Shown piece by piece: positions 56,271 through 64,000 of a stretch of DNA of 64,000 nt. Numbering within the stretch: position 1 is the stretch's first letter; each line of letters opens with the position of its first letter. A program made the position numbers and the translations under genes. Source of the DNA: a virus (taxonomy: Duplodnaviria > Caudoviricetes); IMG/VR virus record IMGVR_UViG_2786546475_000015, positions 64,001-128,000 of that record. One strand, given 5' to 3'. The notes beneath the pieces are model-generated. The model was not told the DNA's origin, ran no database searches, and saw only the letters and a list, made by a program, of their open reading frames with translations.

Positions 56271-56933
56271 ATGTTTCCTACAAAAGAGATTGAAAACAAA
56301 GTATTAGAATTTTCGGAAACCGAGGATAAAGCAGGGTTAGACGAATACGCTAAAAGTTTTGATATTAAACTGGATCGTCGTAAAAGTTTTGATAACATGG
56401 TAGAGCAATTCGCTAAACATGTTAAAGATTTACCTAACGAAGAAGATTCTAGCGATAAGGACGAAAGTAATGAATCCGAAAAAACTGAAAACGGAAATGA
56501 TAAAGAAATCTTGGATAAAGAAGTATCTACCCAAGATGAATCAGAAGAACAATCAGAAGAACAATCAGACGGAGAATCTTCTGAAAATTTGGATTCCGAC
56601 GACAAACCAGAAGAACAACCAGACGACAAACCAGAAGTAGATGAATCAAAAATCGAATTAGAAGATTTTCGTCCTACATTCAATTTAACTTTCACCGATA
56701 AACGCTATGGTGGTGAATACGCTAATGTAGGTTATTGGGTAATCGACGAAATTCAGAATAATCGAGTAATCGAACGCGAATGGAGCGCAGAAGCGATTGA
56801 GGATTGTAAACATTCTAAAGATGTAGCGACAATCTTATACTACATCCGAAAAGATGGAAAGTGCTTAGTCCGCGAAAGTCGTAATAGCCGATTCTACAAA
56901 TTCACCGAATCAAAGGTTAAAGTAGCTGGATGA
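56271..56933 (+). CDS. inh: inhibitor of prohead protease
   Basis: L.EYA..F.IK....SFDN; YYI..DG..LVRESRNS.F. Confidence 0.85.
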   Translation: MFPTKEIENKVLEFSETEDKAGLDEYAKSFDIKLDRRKSFDNMVEQFAKHVKDLPNEEDSSDKDESNESEKTENGNDKEILDKEVSTQDESEEQSEEQSDGESSENLDSDDKPEEQPDDKPEVDESKIELEDFRPTFNLTFTDKRYGGEYANVGYWVIDEIQNNRVIEREWSAEAIEDCKHSKDVATILYYIRKDGKCLVRESRNSRFYKFTESKVKVAG

Positions 56934-57451
56934 TAATTACTGGTGTGGGTTCAAGAAATTTACCTACACGTGTAGAAAAAATAATCGTCGAATATGGTAG
57001 CCTGTACGCGAAAGAACATGATTTGCGTACAGGTGATGCCGTAGGTTCAGATCATGCGTTTACAATGGCTTGGAAAAATAGTCGTAGTAAACGCATTTTT
57101 GTATCTGAAATTAATAGAGTAAGAGACGAGTACCACGTACTAGGTAATGAGTTTCAATTTGAAAAAGCTAAATTATTAGTAGAATCCCTCAGACCGCATG
57201 TAAAGCGTTTAGATGAATACGCTAGACGGTTACACTACCGTAACGCATTTCAGGTCTTAGGATTGAATTTAGATACGCCTAGTGATGTTTTAGTGTGTTA
57301 TGCTGAACCGAAAAACAGCATTCATGTAAAAGGCGGTACTAATACGGCTGTTCAAATAGCAAAAATGTATAATATTCCTGTTTATAATTTATACTATGAA
57401 GAAGATATTAAAAAATTTATTAAAATGAGGATATTTGGTTTATGTTTTTAG
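56930..57451 (+). CDS. DprA/SLOG-like Rossmann protein
   Basis: GVGSR, TG.A.G.D.AF, RN.FQVLG, GGT..A. Confidence 0.7.
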   Translation: MIITGVGSRNLPTRVEKIIVEYGSLYAKEHDLRTGDAVGSDHAFTMAWKNSRSKRIFVSEINRVRDEYHVLGNEFQFEKAKLLVESLRPHVKRLDEYARRLHYRNAFQVLGLNLDTPSDVLVCYAEPKNSIHVKGGTNTAVQIAKMYNIPVYNLYYEEDIKKFIKMRIFGLCF

Positions 57452-57879
57452 ATAGGCTACGAGGAAATAAAAAAGAATTTATAGAATGTAAGGTGTCTAA
57501 ATTCTGGAAACGTATTTTGTATGGTGTGTATACAGTTAAATTGTCAGGAAATGAAAGGGAACGACTTACTATCAGTAGTATTATACATGATAAATCATCG
57601 TACGATTCTGTTATGTGTTTTTTAAAAACCCATACCAACGTTTATTTAATTTGTAAAGATAAACCTCATACAAACGACGAGTATTTTGATAGAATATTCG
57701 ATCTCGACGAATTTAAAATTAATTTCACAAAAAATAAGTATTACAATATACACTCACCGAGTGAAAGAAAAGATAGTGGTCGATATCAAAACGATATGTT
57801 TATTTTCTATAAAGTAGACAAACCAAATAATAGAGTATTAGACTCTTGTGGCATAAACAGACTATTACACATACAATAA
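57442..57879 (+). CDS. hypothetical protein
   Basis: 145 aa ORF before terminator. Confidence 0.5.
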   Translation: MFLDRLRGNKKEFIECKVSKFWKRILYGVYTVKLSGNERERLTISSIIHDKSSYDSVMCFLKTHTNVYLICKDKPHTNDEYFDRIFDLDEFKINFTKNKYYNIHSPSERKDSGRYQNDMFIFYKVDKPNNRVLDSCGINRLLHIQ

Positions 57880-57903
57880 AGGCTACCGTTTGGTAGCCTT
57901 TTT
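57878..57903. terminator. terminator between convergent genes
   Basis: AAAGGCTACC-GTTT-GGTAGCCTTTTT. Confidence 0.85.
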
Positions 57904-57905
57904 AC

Positions 57906-59147
57906 TTACAGAATAACTCGCTTAGAACGTGCTAATTCACATGAACCAGCCAAGTTAACCCAATCTTCACCATCAATTACTTCACCTTTATCATTATCAC
58001 TAGTATTAGAATACGGACTCGCACATAAACCATAACGAGTAGTAGAAACTAATACAGGTTGTAAAGACTTAGGATCAGTAACAGTAGCAAATGAATTCAT
58101 ACCCGTACCATCATAATTATACGGAGAAAAATACAATGGTGCAACCATATTTGTTGTTTCAGAACCATCATCATCGATTGAGATTTGTTCATCTTTAGCG
58201 CCGATAGTGTAATAATCACCTAAAGCGTATCTATCGATAATCAATTCAATACCACTAGATTCAATGTAATAGCGTGTACGACCGTTATCATCTTTCTTAG
58301 ACTTAACACCATTAAGTGTTTGTAAACGACCTACTACACTAGAACTAGCAATTACAAATGTCGGTTTGTAAGTAGTTTGTCGTGTGATAATAGCGCCTTC
58401 GGTCGAAATATCACTTAATAATTCATTAGCAGACGAGAATCTATCTGTATTACCAGAAATATCAATGGTATCTGATTTCTTGGCGATAAGATTAATCTTG
58501 TTGATAATATCAAGGTTAATTTCTTCTGCTACCGCAATAGCAATCAAATTTCTAATGATCTGATCACTATCAAGATCCTTTTGCATTTCTTTAAGTAATT
58601 CTAATGTGTGTTGCAAACGGAACTTGCGTGTTCTTACTTCACAATTCCAACGATCAAAAATAAATCCAACATCTTGAATATCTTTGTTAGGATCATCGTA
58701 ATCTGTACGACTAGCACCATCAGTAACAATTCTTAGTTGATTGTTATAAATACCGTCCATGATAAGCGCTCTAGCTTGTTCATCGTCGGTTACCGCTGTT
58801 CCTTGATACCCATCTACTAAAACTTCGATAGGACGATTAATTAATCTGAATCGTTGACCACTATTATAAGTTGTTCCTTCGTCGTAAGCGTCTAATGACT
58901 GAACATCAGTGTAAGTTAAAACACCGCCGAAAGAAACACCATCGATTACTTCAAATTCATTACCATTTTCTGTATTATAAAAATACCTAGCGCCATATAC
59001 GGTCGCAGTAGGTTTAGTTGTTTGCTGAATAGAAACCATCGATTCGTGAACTGTGTTGATAGCTCTTTTATGAATAGCTAACAATTCTGGACGAGCAGTT
59101 TCGATACTAGCATTTTCACTCAAAATTTTATCTATAAAATATTGCAT
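57906..59147 (-). CDS. 24: capsid vertex protein
   Basis: RPEL, QQT..P.A..YG, W..RTRK, EIN.DI, TRY.L..PY. Confidence 0.9.
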   Translation of the reverse strand: MQYFIDKILSENASIETARPELLAIHKRAINTVHESMVSIQQTTKPTATVYGARYFYNTENGNEFEVIDGVSFGGVLTYTDVQSLDAYDEGTTYNSGQRFRLINRPIEVLVDGYQGTAVTDDEQARALIMDGIYNNQLRIVTDGASRTDYDDPNKDIQDVGFIFDRWNCEVRTRKFRLQHTLELLKEMQKDLDSDQIIRNLIAIAVAEEINLDIINKINLIAKKSDTIDISGNTDRFSSANELLSDISTEGAIITRQTTYKPTFVIASSSVVGRLQTLNGVKSKKDDNGRTRYYIESSGIELIIDRYALGDYYTIGAKDEQISIDDDGSETTNMVAPLYFSPYNYDGTGMNSFATVTDPKSLQPVLVSTTRYGLCASPYSNTSDNDKGEVIDGEDWVNLAGSCELARSKRVIL

Positions 59148-59175
59148 AGTATTACCTTTTATTGTTCTATATGTT

Positions 59176-59183
59176 TATTTATA
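59176..59183 (-). promoter_or_regulatory. late promoter of gene 24
   Basis: TATAAATA on minus strand. Confidence 0.75.
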
Positions 59184-59201
59184 ATTCATTTGTCAGGCAA
59201 T

Positions 59202-59228
59202 AAAAAAGGCTACCAAACGGTAGCCTTT
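59202..59228 (-). terminator. terminator of gene 23
   Basis: GGCTACC/GGTAGCC stem with U-tract on minus strand. Confidence 0.85.
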
Positions 59229-59246
59229 CTTCAAGTGTAATTTGTC

Positions 59247-60863
59247 TTATAGACCTTTAACCGCTACACGACGGAAATATGAGTTACGTCCAAGACCTTG
59301 TAAAATCGAACCGTCTGAAATCTTCTGCATTGGTTTAGCAGGATCAGATAATGGATTTACTGACAACGCATAGCGTGTCTTGAAGCCCATTACAGGTTGC
59401 ATGTTTTTACTGTCAGAACCACGTAAAGGTGTTAATGGTACGTATGGAGAGTAATAGATACCAGCATCCATTTCGTCGCCACCTTTATAACCTACTGTAA
59501 AGTAGTCGTGTGTTGCGTACGCATCGATGTATACACGATAACGGTTGTTCAAGATACCAGCGAATACCGCTTGGTTAGTATCTGTATTCATTGAACCGTC
59601 TTGCATACCAAACGCTGAACTTGATACCATTGCGTCTGTTTGACTAAACGCTGATACTACGTTGCGTGATGCGATGATAAAGTTACCATTACCGCGACCA
59701 GTCTGACGACCGATTTCGTTAGCTTCTTTATCTACTTGAGCTAATAGCATTTTGTATGCTTCGCCAGCCCAACGAGCGCCTTTAACGTCTGTGCTATCGC
59801 TTAGATTGAACACACCAGCGGTTGCGCCAGTAGTATTAGTCCAACCAGTTTTTCCGGGTTGTGCTTGAGCGTTAATTGAGTTAACAACTTCACGGTTAAT
59901 CTCTAGCAATACTTCGGTTGATAGCATATTTGACAATTGAACGTCTGCGTCCATACCGTGTACAGCGCGTAAATCTTGAGCCAACTCGATTGAGTATTGA
60001 GCTTTCAATTGACGTGATTTAGCTTCTACGGTTTGTTTGTCGATACGGAATGACATTTCATTCCAAGGGTTACCAGTTGAACCGTTGAAACCTTCTTGTA
60101 ATTCAGCAACGCTTGTAGCCATACCTTCTGCGATAGGAACAACTTTTTCGTTACCAGCGGTAAATAAATCCTCAACAGGTACAGCAGTTGTAGAACCGTC
60201 TACGTCTTGTACGAATTGGAAATATTGTTTACCAGACTGTGGTACTTCTTCCGCAGTACCGAATTCACGTTGTACTACATCATAATCGACGAATACAATA
60301 TCACCTACTGTGTATGTACCGCTTGAATTGTATTCCTCAAAAGTATTTGATGGATCAGCACCAGCACCACTGTACATTGTGTCAGGAGCGTGCATTGGAT
60401 GAAACGCTTCACGTGCGCCACCAGCCAATGGATCTTTACCGTACATTGAACGGAATGTGAATACCGAACCAGTTGATTGATCTAGTGGTTGAACACCAGC
60501 TACGTCGAAAGCCATCATTTTAGGAATAGCGCGACGAACCATACCCATTACAGCGGGACCAATATTAGTTACAGCACCCGATGTTTGACCTTTAGCGATA
60601 TTGTCTGCGTCATATCCGTGATCACCACCGACAACAGCTTCGTCTAATTGATCTTCTTGACGTTCTTTGATGTAATCCGAGAAACTTTCAACCAAACCTT
60701 CATCTTTATAAACCGAATCGGTCATGGTGTCTTTTTGTTGATTCTCAAGTACTTGAGCTACGATTTCGCTACGCGAACGTCCAACAATTTCACCAGCTTC
60801 TTTCGCTTCAATAAGACCTTTCCACTTATCGGCTAATTGTCTTTTGCTTTGTTGTTTATTCAT
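59247..60863 (-). CDS. 23: major capsid protein
   Basis: GPAVMGMVRRAIP, KSRQLKAQYSIELAQDLRAVHGMDAD, PVMGFKTRY. Confidence 0.98.
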   Translation of the reverse strand: MNKQQSKRQLADKWKGLIEAKEAGEIVGRSRSEIVAQVLENQQKDTMTDSVYKDEGLVESFSDYIKERQEDQLDEAVVGGDHGYDADNIAKGQTSGAVTNIGPAVMGMVRRAIPKMMAFDVAGVQPLDQSTGSVFTFRSMYGKDPLAGGAREAFHPMHAPDTMYSGAGADPSNTFEEYNSSGTYTVGDIVFVDYDVVQREFGTAEEVPQSGKQYFQFVQDVDGSTTAVPVEDLFTAGNEKVVPIAEGMATSVAELQEGFNGSTGNPWNEMSFRIDKQTVEAKSRQLKAQYSIELAQDLRAVHGMDADVQLSNMLSTEVLLEINREVVNSINAQAQPGKTGWTNTTGATAGVFNLSDSTDVKGARWAGEAYKMLLAQVDKEANEIGRQTGRGNGNFIIASRNVVSAFSQTDAMVSSSAFGMQDGSMNTDTNQAVFAGILNNRYRVYIDAYATHDYFTVGYKGGDEMDAGIYYSPYVPLTPLRGSDSKNMQPVMGFKTRYALSVNPLSDPAKPMQKISDGSILQGLGRNSYFRRVAVKGL

Positions 60864-60898
60864 CTAATAATACCTTTTTATTATCTATTCTATAATAT

Positions 60899-60906
60899 TA
60901 TTTATA
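60899..60906 (-). promoter_or_regulatory. late promoter of gene 23
   Basis: TATAAATA on minus strand. Confidence 0.8.
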
Positions 60907-60926
60907 TTCAAAAAATTAAGGGTTGT

Positions 60927-61718
60927 TTAAATTACGTAACTAACGTTATGGTTAGTAGCTTTGGTATTGTTATTACCGTAATTCAAACCTTCGTCCATTT
61001 GTTTGTCGTCTTTGTCATCTTTCTTATCTTTTTTATCTTTTTTATCATCTTCATCGTCAGAATCTTTGTCGTTACTTTCAACGAATGACACTAAGCTAGA
61101 TAATTTAGAATCAAAGCTTTCATTAAATGGTACACTTTCCGATAATTCAGCAACACGTTCACGTTGTGATTCGGTCAAGTCTTTAGTTTTTTCGCTAATA
61201 GCGATTTTGCGATTTAATGTTTCAATTTCAGCATCTTTAGATTTATTTTCTTTTAAAAGACCATCTAAAGTAACTGATAATTCCGCTGTTTCTTCTTCAA
61301 GTTCAGCTACAACATCAACTTTATCATCTGGAACTGTGATATTATGTTCTACGAATAATTCTTTTAAGTTTTCCATTAAAGAATCAAACAATTGAACTTT
61401 AATACCATTTTCAACAGCTAACTGATTTTCTTTCATATATTCATCAGCGTTATAATCTAAATAGTCATTAAGTTGTGAACTCATTGACTCTTTAAGTTCT
61501 TTAGCTTGCTGTTCTGTATATTCATCAGCTTTTTCGATGATTTCGTTAATTTTACTTTCTGCTAATTCAACGGCACGTTTATTAACGCTAGATTCGAATA
61601 CAGTAGAAAATTGAGTTTTAACATCTTCTGAAAGATCGAAACCTTCAAACAAATCGCCTAATTCAACAGCGCCTTGTTTTTTACTTTCGTCTAGAAGCAT
61701 TTGTCTAATCTTATTCAT
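60927..61718 (-). CDS. 22: prohead core scaffold protein
   Basis: F.TVFE..V..AESK, YLD..A.E...EN.LAV, LKELFVEHN. Confidence 0.92.
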   Translation of the reverse strand: MNKIRQMLLDESKKQGAVELGDLFEGFDLSEDVKTQFSTVFESSVNKRAVELAESKINEIIEKADEYTEQQAKELKESMSSQLNDYLDYNADEYMKENQLAVENGIKVQLFDSLMENLKELFVEHNITVPDDKVDVVAELEEETAELSVTLDGLLKENKSKDAEIETLNRKIAISEKTKDLTESQRERVAELSESVPFNESFDSKLSSLVSFVESNDKDSDDEDDKKDKKDKKDDKDDKQMDEGLNYGNNNTKATNHNVSYVI

Positions 61719-61752
61719 ATTTGAATTACCTTTTTTCCAATCTCTATATTGT

Positions 61753-61760
61753 TATTTATA
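61753..61760 (-). promoter_or_regulatory. late promoter of gene 22
   Basis: TATAAATA on minus strand. Confidence 0.75.
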
Positions 61761-61761
61761 T

Positions 61762-62406
61762 TCATTTTTTTAAGGCTTCCATAATAGCCAAGAAACTGTT
61801 ATCATCTTTATTATCAGAAGATTCTTTAATAAATTCTTTATTAGTTTCTTTAACATGACTATTAGATTCTTGAACGGCTCTACCGTATGCTTCTGGCGCG
61901 GATGGTCCCCAAACAACATCAACACCAACAGTCAATTTATAACCTTCTTTAACGTATTTAGTACCGTTTCTTTCTTCTAAAACGCCTAATCCCCTAGATG
62001 AAACTCCGGGAATCCAACCAGCACGTAATAATGCCGCTGTTTTGTCACCCGCACCACCATCGCCCTCGATGACTCTTGCACGACCCATAACGTTATTGCC
62101 TTCCCACCACAATTTTTCAATAATAATTGCGGCATGGCTTGGATCAACATATGGTCTTTTTGGGTGATTAAGTTCACCTAAAGACTGTTTACTTGATACC
62201 TGTTCATTAACGTAAGAATCAACAGCTTCTTCAAGAACATTTTTTGGGTAAATACGCCCATTTCTATTCTTGACTTCGGCTTGCAAAAATATACCCTCGA
62301 TATATAATGCACCTTTACCATTATCTTTAGCTTCAACTAAAGTTTTTGATGGTGCATTAGATTCATTAAGGTGTGGGTTTGACCATGTTTCTACTAATAA
62401 TTCCAT
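61762..62406 (-). CDS. 21: prohead protease
   Basis: LYIEGIFLQAEVKNRNGRIYP, LGELNHP, GVSSRGLG, VDVVWGPSAP. Confidence 0.96.
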   Translation of the reverse strand: MELLVETWSNPHLNESNAPSKTLVEAKDNGKGALYIEGIFLQAEVKNRNGRIYPKNVLEEAVDSYVNEQVSSKQSLGELNHPKRPYVDPSHAAIIIEKLWWEGNNVMGRARVIEGDGGAGDKTAALLRAGWIPGVSSRGLGVLEERNGTKYVKEGYKLTVGVDVVWGPSAPEAYGRAVQESNSHVKETNKEFIKESSDNKDDNSFLAIMEALKK

Positions 62407-62454
62407 AGTAAACCTTATTCCTATTTCTTATACTTTTTATTTATTGTTATAATT

Positions 62455-63186
62455 TTAACTAATACCCATCGCTTTACGCTTACGTTTAGCTATTTTTGCT
62501 TTACGTGCGGCTTTACGTTGTCCAGAAGGATTTTTCTTCTTAGTACGTGCGGCTTTACGTGCTATTTGTCTACGTTTTGATTTAGATAAACCAGTAGTTT
62601 GTGTAGCGCGTCTTTTGCGAGTTTTTCTATCTTTACGTTTTGTAATTTCACCTTTAGATGAAACAGTACGTTCGATAGCTTCCGCGACTTCCTCGATGTG
62701 ACCATCGTTAGCTAACAATTCAGCTAATTCCTCGGCTACTTTTCTATCTTTAGGTTGTTTACTTTTAGCCAAAGAAACCATGATATCTACCATGTCGTCA
62801 GACGACATATTAGCTTTTTTCATAGACATGAATTGATCTTTAGCTTTTTGAGCGTAATTGGCTTCGTTAATTTCACTCAACTCGGATTCAGTAAGCGTTA
62901 AATCATTAAATAGATTTTCCGAAAGCTTTTTAACCACACTAGATGTGTCTTTACCAGCGGTAGTAGGCTGTTTAACGTTATTGTCAGTACCTTTACCTTG
63001 TGGTTCGGGAGCTTTACTAGTCGCTTTACGAGCTTTTTTATTTTCTTCGGTATCTTTGCCCGCAATAGTAGGTTGTTTATAATTATTATTAGTACCTTTA
63101 CCTTGCGGGGCTTTAACTTTACTAGTCGCTTTACGAGCTTTTTTATTTTCTTCGGTATCTTTACCAGCTATTGTTTTTTGTTTCAT
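62455..63186 (-). CDS. 68: prohead core protein gp68 with N-terminal repeat extension
   Basis: C-terminal VSSKGEIT..KDRKTR..TTGLSK.KRRQIARK; probable ATG at 63186. Confidence 0.85.
   Translation of the reverse strand: MKQKTIAGKDTEENKKARKATSKVKAPQGKGTNNNYKQPTIAGKDTEENKKARKATSKAPEPQGKGTDNNVKQPTTAGKDTSSVVKKLSENLFNDLTLTESELSEINEANYAQKAKDQFMSMKKANMSSDDMVDIMVSLAKSKQPKDRKVAEELAELLANDGHIEEVAEAIERTVSSKGEITKRKDRKTRKRRATQTTGLSKSKRRQIARKAARTKKKNPSGQRKAARKAKIAKRKRKAMGIS
62944..63183 (-). repeat. 105-bp (35 aa) tandem repeat, about 2.3 copies
   Basis: KQ.T.AGKDTEENKKARKATSK...QGKGT.NN. Confidence 0.85.
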
Positions 63187-63197
63187 AATCGTTCCAG

Positions 63198-64000
63198 TTA
63201 CCAACGTTGTTCTTCTTCGTCAGATTTGAATATAGGATCTTTTTGTTCTTCTAAAATTTTCTTTTTCTCTTGACTTATCTGTTCGTCGCTCATTTTCCAA
63301 ACATTTTTCATAACCCATTCGTTACTGAAATATTTATCGACGCTTTCACGCATTGCATCAGTCGCCCTAGCTCTACGTTCGATAATGTCAATTTCTTTTG
63401 ATTCTTCGAAGAACGAATCTTTATTAAAATCGAATCTTATTCTATTTTTATTTTTATCCCATTCTTCTTTAGTGATCGTCTTTTTAAGAACAAGATTTGT
63501 ACCTAAAGGATCACCAAAAATAGTAGAAAATCGTGTTTGAAGTCTGTCAACGAATTTAGCGAATTTTAGTTCATCGCGTGTGATTTGTTGACCACCATCA
63601 AATACTACGCCAGCCGATTCTCTTGGCATTCTACTTAATGGAACACGTAGAGATTGATAAACTTTTTGATTCAAGAATGTAATATCTTCGATATCACCTA
63701 ACGACTGTCCACTTGGTAATGTACTTACTTCGGTGGCGGTCTTACCATTTCTACGTTGTAAGTAATAATCTTCCAACATAGTCATGTTATTACTTTTAGT
63801 TTTTATAGTACCGTTGCTTGAATCGTATACAAGACGACTTTTCATATCGTTCATTACTTGTCGTACTTGTTGATTAGCACGTTTATCTGGTAAATTACCT
63901 GTATCTACATAAAATACTCTACGTTCAGGAGCGCGAGCTATACGATAAATTACTAAACTATCTTCCAACATTTTTAGTTGGTTAACAGGTTTTATCGCTC
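63198..64000 (-). CDS. 20: portal protein, C-terminal part (gene starts beyond the window)
   Basis: LED..VIYRI.RAPERRVFYVDTGNLP, EDY.LQRR.G..TEV.TLP, ITRDELKF. Confidence 0.96.
   Translation of the reverse strand, partial: AIKPVNQLKMLEDSLVIYRIARAPERRVFYVDTGNLPDKRANQQVRQVMNDMKSRLVYDSSNGTIKTKSNNMTMLEDYYLQRRNGKTATEVSTLPSGQSLGDIEDITFLNQKVYQSLRVPLSRMPRESAGVVFDGGQQITRDELKFAKFVDRLQTRFSTIFGDPLGTNLVLKKTITKEEWDKNKNRIRFDFNKDSFFEESKEIDIIERRARATDAMRESVDKYFSNEWVMKNVWKMSDEQISQEKKKILEEQKDPIFKSDEEEQRW

Noticed and set aside
352-63273. Many short antisense or nested ORFs in the track (e.g. 2135-2518, 7246-7731, 56243-56695, 61003-61395)
   Set aside because: Shadows of well-supported genes; no RBS or motif support
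1-64000. tRNA or rRNA genes
   Set aside because: No cloverleaf or rRNA signatures noticed in the short intergenic regions; tRNAscan-SE would confirm

Overview
AT-rich 64 kb segment of a lytic T4-superfamily (Straboviridae-like) phage genome, running from rIIA (5'-truncated) to portal gene 20 (5'-truncated). Recognisable core genes: rIIA/B, holin t, asiA, tail fibre cluster (34, 35, two paralogous gp36-N/gp37-like distal fibres, a gp38-position protein), rnh, 33, 59, 32, td, nrdA/B, rnlA, frd, vs.1, spanins, pseT, cd, denV, 31, rIII, 49, 30, uvsY, uvsW, rnlB, inh, 24, 23, 22, 21, 68, 20. All gene calls rest on recalled motifs and synteny, not database searches. Main hunt results: (1) about nine dispersed genes with a capsid-targeting-like N-terminus (M-x-x-F-x-x-F/L-L/I-x-E), mostly behind late promoters, whose cargo includes a RelA/SpoT-like alarmone synthetase, a J-domain protein and a possible BECR-fold RNase; (2) that synthetase lies two genes from an early-promoter HD (p)ppGpp-hydrolase-like gene; (3) a coupled T5-A1-like nuclease / Mom-like DNA modifier / PD-(D/E)XK nuclease trio; (4) a 63-bp non-coding element present twice, with identical flanks but an inverted core, near where T4 has ori(34) and ori(uvsY); (5) two tandem self-chaperoning distal tail fibres; (6) eight terminator-promoter hairpin cassettes driving accessory genes. 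No tRNA, rRNA, CRISPR array, intron or transposase was seen.
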